From assembly GCA_004764695.1 (NCBI GenBank), contig SMSO01000004.1:1302001-1366000 (forward strand): 64,000 nt of DNA, written 5' to 3'. Positions within the stretch are counted from its first letter, which is position 1, and each line of letters begins with the position of its first letter. Below are positions 11,640 to 23,611 of this stretch, in pieces. Below the pieces are notes generated by a model, which did no database searches, had not been told where the DNA came from, and saw only the letters and a list, made by a program, of their open reading frames with translations. The DNA comes from Schizochytrium sp. TIO01. Its lineage: Eukaryota > Protista > Bigyra: Labyrinthulomycetes. Position numbers and translations under genes: made by a program.

Positions 11640-13539
11640 ATGCCTCGCACTAGAAGAGCAGCCCGTCAAGAGGCAGCAGTCCGCCTTGCAGAAAACCCTG
11701 CAGATAGTCATGATGACCTCCTTTTCCAGGCAAAAATTACTTCTCCAGCCGTCTTAAAAGCTGCGAGCGCGGCAGCCAAGACAAGAGCTACACGTGCTAC
11801 CAAGTCGCGCATCCAGAGCGTAACAAGTGGCATGGCCTCTGCATTCAAGTCCCCTGGCAAGGTGAAGCCAAACAAAGCCAAGTCAAAGGCACCTGTACAG
11901 AAGTCTGTGATCGAGTCAACAACCTCGATGGCCTCGCCACCACCAAGCCAAGTGAAGGCGGAGCGTCTTCGTAGTACTCTTCCGTCTACTCCGGAGCGAA
12001 AGCCATCCACGAGTCAAGTTATGTCTACACCTGAGCGCAAATTTGGTTCCCCAAGTACCACATCATCAAGTTTTCAGTCTCCCGAGCAAAGTCGCATTCG
12101 CAAGAGTCTTGTTGGGTCAGGCACGCCACTCCATGCGTCACCAATTGCTCCAGGACGCAAGAAAAATCTAACTGCATCTGCGATGAAGGGCACTGCTCTT
12201 GGTCAAAAACAGGAGAGCCATGGTAGTTCTAGTCCATCAGGAAAGGAGAGGATTGCCAACGTTGAGAAGGCTAATACTGTGCAAACTCAGGCCCGTCGCC
12301 TCAGTGAGGTATTCAGTTCCTCGAAACCTCGTGAGGCTGTCACTACTACATCAAACTCTGCCCCTACAGCAGCTCAAGATGAGTACCAGGAACTCGACCG
12401 CAAGATTCACTTAAAGATGCTCTACTCTTTGATCCGGCGCAAAACCGGGGCTCTAGGAGGCGGTGGATCTGGAGGTGCAATCTATGGTGAAGTAACACAA
12501 GAAAGTTTTCAACGTGTTGTTGATGTTCTTGTCTCCAAATGTGGCCTCAATACAGAATCGGTCTTCCTAGATATTGGAGCTGGTCTTGGAAAACCGAACT
12601 TTCATGTGGCTATTTCTCCCGGGGTAAAACAATCCTTTGGTGTAGAGCTCATTGGTGGACGTTGGTGGCAGTCAATCTACCTCTTGGATCAGTGCTTAGG
12701 TGAGCGCACTCTCCGGTCTTACGCTCAAAAGTGTTTCTTTGCTCACGCTAACGTCACCGACATGGCAGACTTCGAGCCTATTACTCACGTGTATAGTTTC
12801 AATCGTGGTTTCCCACCTGAAGGCAATGAAAGCTGTCGCGCGAGCTTTCCATGCTAGCTCTTCCTCGTTGTATTTTATTTGCTTCGATAAGCCTAAAATC
12901 CTCGAAGAGTATGGCTTCGAGCTTGATCTTGTTGACTTTGTGCCTACCAAAATGGCAGGATCTGGAGAACAGCACCGTTGCTACATTTATAGACGTACTG
13001 ATATGCCTGAGGCCTTTAGTTCGTCAAGCGCTGGTCAACAGGAGGAATCCAAGGTGGACAGTGCTGAGTCATCATCTGAGTCCGAGGAAGAAGAGACGAA
13101 GGATGACAAGTCCGTGGACCAGCAAGTTGCCAGAACCCAACCTAAGCGCCGGGGCAAGGCTGCCAAGGTTCCTGCTCTTTTTACATTGGCACGAACCCCG
13201 ATTCGTACTCGAGGCTCCAGAGGTCGCAAGGCAACGGCATCATCAGAGGATATTCGAGCAGCACTCGACTTTAATTCCTTGAAAGAGGAGAAGGAGGAAA
13301 AGGTTCAAGTCAAAATTACAAAGACAAAAATGGTTTCTTCCTCATCGTTCACGCTTGTAGCCCCACCAACAGAGGTGGAGTATGCTCCGCATGTTCCGCA
13401 TGCGGATTCTTACATGAGCGGACTTGATCTTATGTCCTCAAGCGCCATGGTATACCAGTCATGGGTCCGTGATCAGGTGGGCCTTCACAGAAGCGATCGT
13501 TCGTCTCGAAGCTCTACAAGGAGGCAGCTTCGTCACTGA
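11640..13539 (+). CDS. DOT1-family (histone H3K79-type) class I SAM methyltransferase, ~632 aa; split by an apparent +1 frameshift at 12819-12823
   Basis: AIYGEVTQESF (DOT1 YGE motif), SVFLDIGAGLGKP (motif I), SFGVEL, THVYSFNRGFPPE; the fold continues in the +1 frame as AMKAVARAFHASSSSLYFICF..MAGSGEQHRCYIYRR; long basic S/T-P-rich disordered N-terminus. Confidence 0.78.
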
Positions 13540-13899
13540 AAGTAACACACAATTTGTAAATTTCGATGACGTAAAGCGAGTTCCACCTTTCTAACTGTGA
13601 GTATTTGAGAAAGGAGGCCGGTAATCTCTAATAAAACAAGAGGAACCGATCCGTCGTTCATCAGCTAGCTATCATATAAGCCTTTGTTATTCATTCATTT
13701 CTTCGATTTAATTGTAGCATTTATCCCTAATTGATTGAGGTTATTGCTGGAGGTGTATTCGGCAAGGGTTTCTGTATCATTAAGGCGTTTTACATTGAAT
13801 GATTTCTTTGAAGAATAGTGTAAAAAATCAAGGATATCTATTGTAAAATTTTTATAAATGTCCAAGGATTCCGAGGTTGTATGTAAAATATAGGTAGTA

Positions 13900-14883
13900 T
13901 CACAACGTACTTGCTCTTCTCTTAGCGTTCCATGACTCAATTGTGGGCTCATCTGTTAGGGTACAGATCCAGCGATAACCACCTGAGCCGAACGGGAAAA
14001 CGCATGAAACCCGTCGCCGGTCTCCCTTCTCCCCACGGTAATCAGGATGCTCCTCATCCCCGGGGTAAGCTAGAGTCAATAACCCATCCTTGGGAGGTCC
14101 TGTGGCGTGAGGCTGAATCGGGACTCGGGGTTTGCGCTGCACACAAGCAGATGCAAGCTCGTTGATTGTTGCGTACTCGTTCAGCGCAGTCAGGACATAA
14201 AACTGGGGCGGCAGCATCGCCATTTTCCCATCTGCGTGCAAGTCGAGCGCTTCACGAGGTGATGCCCATGTATAACGAACGGTCTCGCCTCCATCAACAG
14301 ATACCTCAGCATTGTCAACGATCGCGACAAAAAAGTTGGTGTTAAAACGCCGTGGTTCAATTACAGGTGTAATAAAGGTGATCCAATAGTGAAGTGCGGA
14401 TATCGCAGGTATCTTGCCATACTTCTCTAGCATAACCTGAAACTGTGCAGCATCATCGTGTACACGTGTTTGCCAGATCTTAGTCTCCTCCTTTGGCATT
14501 CTCACTGCTTGGGCATGATGCTGACGATCTGCGGCAGATAGCAGGACACCAGCCTCTTCGAAAAGCTCCCGAATTCCTGTTAGTTTGGCGGCATCAATTT
14601 CAGAATTACATCCATAGAGCTTAGCAACATCAGCGTCTCCTTCCTCAGCTACACCTCCTGGGAAGACGTACATTGAAGAGAATGATTTCATCTTCGAAGA
14701 TCTTTGTGCTAGAAGAACTTCAAAATCATTATCCTCGGCAGCCCTTGACCCTTTAGTCACACCGCTCCGCTCCTGAGGGGCTCTTGCGCTCCCTTCAGCC
14801 TTTAGTTTCCAACTAGGTTTTCTCCGCAGCAGTACTACAGATGCGGAAAGCCGCGGTTTGGAGGATGCTTTTGACGATGACAT
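13900..14883 (-). CDS. Nudix hydrolase, NUDT19-like (putative acyl-CoA diphosphatase)
   Basis: SASVVLLR, VLLAQRSSKMKSFSSMYVFPGG, Nudix box with insertion ending GIRELFEEAGVLL, WITP..EPRRFNTNFF, LPPQFYVL; likely start at ATG 14883 (MSSSKAS). Confidence 0.85.
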   Translation of the reverse strand: MSSSKASSKPRLSASVVLLRRKPSWKLKAEGSARAPQERSGVTKGSRAAEDNDFEVLLAQRSSKMKSFSSMYVFPGGVAEEGDADVAKLYGCNSEIDAAKLTGIRELFEEAGVLLSAADRQHHAQAVRMPKEETKIWQTRVHDDAAQFQVMLEKYGKIPAISALHYWITFITPVIEPRRFNTNFFVAIVDNAEVSVDGGETVRYTWASPREALDLHADGKMAMLPPQFYVLTALNEYATINELASACVQRKPRVPIQPHATGPPKDGLLTLAYPGDEEHPDYRGEKGDRRRVSCVFPFGSGGYRWICTLTDEPTIESWNAKRRASTL

Positions 14884-15233
14884 CTTGTTTTGCAAAAGAA
14901 TGAACGAGCTTTTATCAATTTTTAACCCTCTCCGCAAGTCAGGTTTGCGGTTGCTAATCCAGCTTTCAGTCGCTCTCGCTGGAGAAAGATCGCCTTTTGC
15001 GCTCTCTGCAGCAAATTGCGGAAGCTTAATACCTATGGCTGACTCTCTCCAGCGCTTGGTGAACATAGACTTGTTGCAGGTCTGCCTGTGAAGCTTTGCA
15101 AAACTCCAACCAACGTCCCTGATATAGATGATCTTCAAGCAGTTCATATGTATGTCCACCAGGATTACCCCTAAAAAGTCAGGTCCGACCTTGGTAACCT
15201 AGGGCCCCCCCAGGTTTCATAACCTGAGATTTG

Positions 15234-15686
15234 GAGCTTGCATTTGGCTGTGAAAACTAACGTATTATGCTTTTGTCTACATTCGAATCCTCCCTGATGG
15301 TCAACAGCTAACAAGACAGATTGAAAGCAAGACAGTTCAATGGATGTGTCGTTGCGGCTTCCGTCAAACAACCATTCACAAATACTAGCTTTTCTCCTGG
15401 TATAAACTTGTTATTTGCCGAGAGGATTGCACTTCAAAAACGTCAAAAACAGGCAATGAATGTGGTACCATCCACTACAAACTTGGAATATCTAACAAAC
15501 ACGAAGCCGATTGTGATATCCATGCCGCCAGAAACATCTTTTTGTGCTAACCACCCAAGGACATGATAAAAGTTGTCTTTGAGACGCGGGTTAGTTTTTC
15601 AACCCTGGATTGGGCCTTAAGCCCATGTCACCATATAAAAAATGCAGGTTAAATTTTGCAAATTCTGTAGGTTCAATCATTAAGTA
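15234..15686 (-). pseudogene. Decayed dispersed repeat, copy B
   Basis: Homologous to 9754-10196 in the same orientation; minus-strand translation LGWLAQKDVSGGMDITIGFVFVRYSKFVVDGTTFIACF*..SAILSANNKFIPGEKLVFVNGCLTE. Confidence 0.7.
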
Positions 15687-17572
15687 GAAGAATTTGTAGA
15701 AAGAGCCTCTAACTAGTAAGAATGATAGGATCCGTTCTAGAACACCTACTAATACTTACTAAAGTATGGTGCTGCACCTTTTTTTAAAGCAAAAAAAAAG
15801 AACGAATCCATGACAATCACCTTAACGCGATGTAAGTGGTACACACCCTGTTTGCCATTGCATGAAACAGTGATGATGATGATGAGGCGGTGGAGGCAAG
15901 AACCAAGCAAGCTTTGAGAACCAGGCCACCATGCAATCACCGTGGCACGGTGAGCAGTAGCAGACATGGGGAATGCGCCGCGACTCTGCATTTAGAGGGA
16001 AATGTGATGGTCTTTTCTTGTGTGTGTGCCGAAAAAAAAAGAAAAAGACATTACCTGAGCCCGATGAAGAGTTTCCAACTTGAAGCGCTTGTTACTCAAG
16101 GCATCCGTGCGTCTATCGAGCTCTTGCTAGTAACGTGTTTCGCCTGGCCTGCTTCGAATTTGACTTGAACAGTCTGTCGTGATGGAGACATACTTACCGG
16201 AGCAAAGCGCCCCAGCAAAGCACACCTTGGAGCTCTGAAGCAATTTCTACGACTTGCAATCACGGTGCCAGCTCCTCCGCCCTCTTCCTCCAGAGCCGCA
16301 GCCAAAACACGAGCTGGTTACCCTCTTTGGTCAAGTTCTATCGTCGGCTGCCAACATAGAAATTCGGAGACGCTGGCGCTGGCAGCATGCTTTTGCACTC
16401 GCAATCTCTCTCTCGCCCAAGTTCGCTGCCGAAGAGCTGTGAAACAATGTCTGCAGCGCGTGAATATGCGCCGCCGTCTTTGTGATTTGTGTCTGTCAAT
16501 TGCATGAAAACTTGTACGATTTTAAGATGCCGCCTGTAAAATGAAAGTGTGCAGTCGATATCGAATTAGAAGACGGCCATCGACACATCGCAGCGCTCTT
16601 TGCATATGTAGTATTGAGATTGTCCACTACATTACGGTCGCCTCGCGAGGTAGACAGACATCTAGGCACTTAGAGAGAAGGAAGGAAATATAGAATCAAG
16701 AGCGAGAGCCTTTCCCGCGCGTGCCCAGGCGGTTCCCAGCAGCTGGAGGGCAAAAGTGGTTTGCAACGTCGAGGCCAGAAGAGAGAGGTCTTGTCTTCTT
16801 GGCTCTGCACAGATGTGTTGGGCCTGTTCCGCCTCCACGCACGAAGACCTCGCACATTCAAGCCACTCTTAGTAGTAGCGGCTAGGTGGGGCTAGGTTGT
16901 GATGAGAGCAATTCTCCGCTCACGCAGAGGAAGGAAATGAAGAAGTAGGTAAGGTAAGGTATGGTGGCGAGTGAACATCTGAGAGAATCGAAAACCAAAC
17001 GATAGTAGAAATGAATGCAAATCAGGATCGCCGGCCTTGCAGGCTTGACAGACGTGAGGGTGTTTGCTCCCCGTCGTTGTCCTCTTCTCAAAGTTGCACT
17101 TCGAAAAGATCATTAAATCTGTAAGTCGAAGGGGAACGGGAGATAAAAAGAAAAGAAAGATGGAATACGAGTAATGCAATAGGGTATCCTATTATAAACC
17201 AGTAGGAGTGGGACAAATCAACTTTCACTTTGAACAGTGTGAAAAACAACATTTGGAAAAGACATTCAAAGGTGATTGATTTTCCATTGAAACAGTGTGT
17301 GATATGCCTAATCATTATCATTATCAATATCAATATTATCATCATCATCATTAGCACAGTAACACAGTATTAACCATAGTATTAACAAAATGTTTTGTTG
17401 TTTTATTTTTACGAAAAGCTTTCGAAGAAGAGAGAGAAAAAACTCAGCACGAAGCCGGATGAGCAATGAGTGCCAACTCACGCGCGTCTTGATGTGTGGA
17501 TGGCTTTACCCCTTGTTGGTCAAAAGCTTACACCCAGCCAGTCTTCGATGAAGGCCAATCCAGCCTGCGAGT

Positions 17573-17596
17573 GAGCGAGCGAGCGAGCGAGCGAGC
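17573..17596. repeat. (GAGC)6 microsatellite in a GC-rich intergenic patch
   Basis: Read directly from the sequence. Confidence 0.9.
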
Positions 17597-18967
17597 GCAG
17601 CGCCACATCGGCCAGCGAGCGCGCTAGTGAAAGAGTGGCAAGCCAGCGCAAAGCCGCAGCTTGCTGCTTACTTATTATAATTTTAATTTTAGTACCTACC
17701 TATTGTTTTAGGAGAATTGAGCGCGTGCACGCGTACACACCCGTGTCCACTGTTTGTAGGGGTCCCTAATCCGGGCTAGGGTGTGCTGCTATTTTGTTTT
17801 CTTTCCGATAGAGCTTTTAACTTAAAAGAAGAAGAAGAAGGAGGAGGAAAAAGGATTACTATTAGTACCTACCTACCTCAAAATGATAAGTGTATTTTTA
17901 CTTCTTCAGAAACAAACCATACAAACACAGAAGAAGAATTTAATTTCAGGTACAATTGCAAGGAGGAATTAAAATTGTTATGCGAAAGTGACTTACTAGA
18001 CCTCTCCTATCACGGTGTTGTTTACCACGCATGCGTGCCACTTTTATACTCCATGTTGCCTTGATGGCACAGCAGATGGTCCTAGCGCGGGATGAAGTAT
18101 GTGTATGATGTATTATTCTTATTATTATTACATTAAAACAAATGGAAATCACAGTTTAATAAACTTATTTAATCAAAAGTATAGGACTGTTTAAGTGTAC
18201 TTTAAAACCATAAATAAATTAAAATTAAGTTACTTCTGTTACTTAAAGAAATAAAGAAAGAAATATTGAAAAAAGCATCAACACGCGAAAGCAGACGAAG
18301 TATCGATCTCCGATTGATCAATCAAATAACACGCTCGACAGCTGGTACGTTCCTCGCGACCTCGCGAACTCTCGACCCTTTACCCCCACCCCACCCCTCG
18401 AATAACTTGTACGCACAGAGGTCCACTGTTACCAAGCAAGCCCGTACGGACCCGCTGGGCTTCTCCATGGTGCAACGAGTGAAGGCCCAATCCAAGGGGC
18501 TCGCAGCGCGTGCAGGAAGGCAAAGAGCCTCCATCCGAACGACAAGGGAGCCTGAAAGCGGTTTGGCCTGATCTAGAAAATTGAGCTATGACCAGCTTTC
18601 CCTCAACTGCATCTGCGATGTGATTAGCCTTTCATGTGAAATACCTCATTCTGGTGCATAGGGTGCTACATGTCCTTGGCATTGCATTTACTTGCATGGG
18701 TAACTTGCGCAGAACGTGTATAAGTTTGCTTGGCAACATGTCAAGTTGCAACCATGTTTTATGCATCTCCAGGAGAAGCTTCAAAAGCTTTTCTCCGGCT
18801 CTGGCTTCCCGTAGAACTACTCGAGAACTCAGTTCAAAGAACGACTAACAGATTGATTGGCATCGCACGACTATTATCTAACCTTTCACCCGGCAAAAAA
18901 CCTTGTCATGTATCAACGCTATGAACATAGCCGAGGCCAAGAGCTTGTGATTTAGACAAAAAGAACC

Positions 18968-20723
18968 ATGTCCTCGGTCCGTGAACGCATCGCGCGCCTT
19001 AACGCAAATGCAACTCCCTTGACCCCTGAAGGCCAGGAGCGCAAGCTTAAGGAGGAACGTGACAAGCAAAAACAGGCAGTAAAAATCGCCCGTGCACGTG
19101 CTGCGCGATACAACATGACCCTTCGTGCTCTTGCAATCCGGTCTGTGCGTGATCAAGCCGAAGCGTCTCGCAAAGATCGCGAGGCCGTCATTGAAGCGCA
19201 AGAGCGTGCCAAAAAGTATAACATGACTAGCCGTGCGCTCGCTATTGTAGCCAGCAAAAACCAGCGTAGTGTTGCTCGTGCCTTTGATCCTTCAGTTCGT
19301 CCTGAAACAGCTCGCCAGATCATTCGTGCAGTTGCAGAGCACCAGGCAGCTACCGCTGCCGCTCTCAACGACCCAAACGCCACAGAGAAACAGCAGCTCG
19401 CAGCGGCAGCCAAAGCTCTTAAGGTCTCTGAGTTAGTTGAGCAGGTCATCGAGGAGGAGGACGAAAACGATATCACCAGTGATGACGAGAATGACCACCA
19501 TGCTGATGTGGAGAAGCACGAAGAGGACCATGTAGAGGACCACGAGGAGGATCATGAGGAAGTTCACGAAGGAGGACCACGAGGAGAACCACGAGGAGGA
19601 GGTTACCTCTAGACGCACCTCAACTTCGTCCAAACATTCCTCCAAGCGCTCCTCCAAGCGCTCCTCAGCTTCTTCGAGACGGTCTTCTACTTTGTCGAAG
19701 CGCATGTCGTCCTCATCTTCCAAGCGCAAGTCCACTGCTTCTGCTGCTGATATTCACGAGGACGTTGCGGCTGAACAGGAGGATCTCCACGAAGAAGTTG
19801 CTCACAGTGATGTGGACGACCACCACGATGAAGAGGTAGAAGTTGCAGAGAAGAAGAACAAGGGCGGTGCATCCGCCCATGATGATGATGATGATGATGA
19901 CGACGATAAGAACAATGGGTTCGTAGACGAAGAGCTAATGGAAGCTGTGGCCAGCAAGGATGACCGCAGTGTGAACCGCGCAATCCTGAAGCAATTCTTT
20001 GAGACCCATGCCCCGCACCGAGTTGACGAAGTTGATGAGCTGCTTGACGAATACGCAGACAAAGATGTTTCGGTGCTCTTTGAGCAATTAGAAGCCGAGT
20101 ACCCCGATCCCGCAGAGGCCCAAGCAACAGGTGAGGAGAAAGCGCGCCAAGACGCAATGAATGGCAAGATTAACGAAATTGATAATCATGAAGATGCAGT
20201 TGATGATGGAGACGAGCTTAACGCCGTCGACCAGGCTCGCCGCGATGCAGACCAGGCTGAACGCCGCGAGGCTTCGAAGATCGCAGCAATGTCTGAGGCT
20301 GAACGTGAAGCCTATTTTGCTGAGAAGGAGGAAGAGCGCCGCCATGCTGACCAAAAAGATGCTATGTTGCGCCGTCAGCTTGACCTCTACTCCAGAGGAG
20401 GTTCAAAATCTAACCCGGTGCTTGCCAAGATGCGCGGCGTTACTACTACTAAACGATCCCTGAGTCGCCGTATTAGCAAGCGCCTAAGCTTGGTTGACGA
20501 AGATACTGATGAGGCAGGTGCTGTCGACTCAAACGGATTCATTCTTGGAGCTACTGCAACCCCATCTCGGGAGTCTATTCGTCGGAGCCAGCGCGCCTCT
20601 GTAAGTGGCACGAAGTGGGCTGTAAACGTGCAACCCCAGCTCCTTCGTGAGCGCATGAAGCGTGCTGGTGTTACAGAAAAGGACATCGACAATCTTATGT
20701 CTGAGGAAAGTGACATGTTGTAA
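18968..20723 (+). CDS. Uncharacterised acidic/coiled-coil protein, ~584 aa; split by an apparent +1 frameshift at 19568-19572
   Basis: ORF 18968-19612 plus ORF 19554-20723; the HEED/HEEN peptide repeat continues only if one base of CAC GAA GGA G is removed; duplicated motif (R/K)YNMT.RALAI; helical module ILKQFFETHAPHRVDEVDELLDEYAD..LFEQLEAEY. Confidence 0.75.
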
Positions 20724-22105
20724 ACCCTCTGTGCTTCTTGCCTTTTCCCTTTCAGCGTGCCCCATAATCTTGTGTTTCTTGTCCCCACATTCATATCAGG
20801 CTGAAAGATGTTTACCAGTGCTGTCGTGCGATGACAATAACAACCATACGATCGATCATAACACTACTCAATAACAATCATGCTAGACCCCGTGTCCTCT
20901 TGAATAGACACGTAGTCCTATAATTCAAGACGACACTAGACTGCCATGGTATAATGTTTTCTTTGCTGAGCAGTATCAGCGAACAAAGATCTATTTTTTG
21001 CCCAATTAAAATTTTCCCTTCGTCAGAGCATCAACGCCGAAATCCTTTTATTTCCTTCGTCACCAGAGGTTTGACAGAGACTTACCCTCCACACCAAGAC
21101 CACAACTTCGGACATGCAACCTTGCACCGCTTACTTTTCTATTTACTTGCAGGTCGCGATATTACCGTGCAGCGTGTCTTACTTCGTATGAATAGTCTTT
21201 ATCTATCCCTAACTTTTGCTCTTTTTGTTTGTTTTTCTTCTAATGCTCTTATCTTTCCTTGTCTAATGTTTGTCTCTGTTTACTCGGAGTTATTAAATAC
21301 CCATGTTATGGTTATGTTCATTCGCATGTGTAATTGCAATGGTTCACTGTCCCCAATTCTCCTCTCTTTCTTTTAATCCTTGGTTCATTTTTTTATTTTT
21401 TTAAAGTACGAAGACTGTAAAAGTTTCAGGCCTTCCGGTTCATTGTGCCCAAACATTAGGATGTAGCGTTGACCTTCCATTCCTATTTTTAGTAGTGCAT
21501 ATGTTAAGGTTGATTTGAATAGTGGGTCTTTAAACAAAGAAACATATATTTTCGATTCATATTTTAAAATTCAAAAGGAGAGTCCGGAGTTTATTTCATT
21601 TCATCTCTTGAGTCTTCATTTTATATGATTCAAAAGGAGTCTATGGTTTATTTTATTTCATCACATCTAAACTTTTTATTTCACTATAACTCATACAATT
21701 CCTAGGAAAATTAACACCATTCAAAGATAATGGTTCTTCTATCTACACGGTGGTCCTTTTGTCTTCGGAATTGATAAGCAACATTGATAGCATTTACGAG
21801 ACAAACAATAACCAGGCAAAATCTGGCTACAGAGTTTTTGTTTTGATTGTTAAAAAGCGCTCTGGTGGAAGGGCAGACAAGTGGAGCGAATGTCAATGGG
21901 AGTATGCCAAGGCACTGTAAGCGTTTCTTGTTTTGAACCCCTCCCATGGATGGGATGTATCTATGTACGTGAAGGAGGTGGCGTCATCTGGCAGGGAGCT
22001 AATCGACTTCCTAAGTCCAGCAAACTCATGCAAATAAATCTATCACGGTTTCTGGGCCTTGTCAATCTCTTGGCTGCAGAGGAAGTCAGGAGAGTCCGTT
22101 TCAAT

Positions 22106-23221
22106 TTAGTTAGTTACAGCCTTTTGGGCCTCCTTCTCCTTCTGTTCCTTAAGGTACTTGGCAAAAGTTTGTGCCACGATCAGAGGAAAGACAAGGGACA
22201 CCTCGGTATAAAGCTTGACAGGGGTAGCTTCACGGCGGATCTTACCCCACGAGATGGCCTCGTCAGGGCGGGCACCAGAGTCAGAGCCGTCGAACTCACT
22301 TGCAGTGTTAATAAAGACGGAAAAGTCAGCACCGTTGCGCATCAAGTTAGCGTTACAGACGTGGTGCTTGACAATGCCACCTCCGAGGATGATCATACCG
22401 GACTTGTGGGCACGGGTAGCAGTCTCGTTAATGCCACGGATGTCACCAACAATGTCAAGGACGAAGTCATCATTCTTGTAGGAGCGGAAGTAGAGCATGT
22501 CGCCAATGCTGCCGTCAGTGATCGCAGGGCAATAGACGGGAATGTCGTTCTTGTAGGCCCAGTAGTAAACAGACTCAGGGTTGTCGATCTCCTTACCAAG
22601 GCGGTTGATCATCTTGCTCGGGGTCCAGGTGATACCCTGCTCAAGCTGCTCCTTGTACATTTCGTCAAGGATCGGGGTAAGCCACTCCTCAAACTTAACA
22701 TAGTTGTTGTTGGGGACAAGCAAGTTGCCAATGCGGTTGAGACCCTTCTCGCGGAGTGCCTTGCCTTGGAGATCGAAGGCACCGAGGTAGGTCGGGGCGA
22801 GGCACTTGATAAAGTCTTCCTCGATACCGCCGGCGGTGGTTACAATCACATCAACCATCTTGTGCTCCACGAGGAAACGCAGAACCTCGCGGATGCCAGA
22901 AGAGATAAGGTTGGATGTGTAGGAGAGGAAAATGGTGCACTTGGTGTTGGCACGCTCCTCAGGGTCGGTAATGGTGTCAGTCTCGCGCAGAGGCTCGTCA
23001 CTGAGACGCCAGCGGAGCATCTTGTTGATCTCCTCCACAGCAAGGCCAAAGTTGGTGCTCTGGAATCCAACCCGCTTGTATGAGTTCAAGACGGCCTCAA
23101 GGTCCAGTCCATCATTGAAATCGTAGCCCTTGACAGTCTCAGTGTCCGGAGTTTCCTCAGAGACAACAAGGACGGCCTCCTGCGCGAGCTTGGGCACTCC
23201 CGAGTCCTCCGACGCAGACAT
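22106..23221 (-). CDS. DHPS: Deoxyhypusine synthase
   Basis: [102 protein letters not shown] (catalytic Lys). Confidence 0.98.
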   Translation of the reverse strand: MSASEDSGVPKLAQEAVLVVSEETPDTETVKGYDFNDGLDLEAVLNSYKRVGFQSTNFGLAVEEINKMLRWRLSDEPLRETDTITDPEERANTKCTIFLSYTSNLISSGIREVLRFLVEHKMVDVIVTTAGGIEEDFIKCLAPTYLGAFDLQGKALREKGLNRIGNLLVPNNNYVKFEEWLTPILDEMYKEQLEQGITWTPSKMINRLGKEIDNPESVYYWAYKNDIPVYCPAITDGSIGDMLYFRSYKNDDFVLDIVGDIRGINETATRAHKSGMIILGGGIVKHHVCNANLMRNGADFSVFINTASEFDGSDSGARPDEAISWGKIRREATPVKLYTEVSLVFPLIVAQTFAKYLKEQKEKEAQKAVTN

Positions 23222-23571
23222 GTTTCCGACTTTTTCTTCTAAACTAGCACCACCACAAGGTACTCTTGGCGCGAGACAGCTCTTAACCCCTTGCGTACTT
23301 GCTCCTCCTCGTGGCGCGATCTCTGCTGTTCCAGTTCTGCTCTGGCTGCCTATCGTTCGTAGTTCGCAAGTCCTTATCCTGCTAATTACACTATGTATGC
23401 TGTTACTGCTTACCTACCACATATGTTTTTGTTCTCCTTCATTCGATTCATTATAAAATTCCAGTCAACACAGAGTAAGTAAACAGCATTATTACAGAAT
23501 TCCTCAATTCGACAAGTGTTTGTGCTGCTAACTTACGTTTGCTCTTTAGTCTGCTGCGCTGTTCTCCCGTG

Positions 23572-23611
23572 GCTTGCTCGCTTGCTTGCTTGCTCGCTCG
23601 CTCGCTCGCTT
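23572..23611. repeat. (GCTY)10 microsatellite in the DHPS/bL28m divergent intergenic region
   Basis: GCTT/GCTC units; reverse complement of the (GAGC)n tract type at 17573. Confidence 0.85.

Noticed and set aside
14884-15159. N-terminal extensions in the ORF track (Nudix; likewise 3801-4004, 27170-27193, 28688-28777, 59463-59504)
   Set aside because: They begin at non-ATG or upstream starts and lack family similarity; downstream ATGs give proper signal/transit peptides or domain starts.
21881-23083. 400-aa plus-strand ORF antisense to DHPS
   Set aside because: Shadow ORF caused by strong codon bias of DHPS; no protein-like motifs. The same applies to antisense ORFs over RRF, DAK and the mucin repeat.
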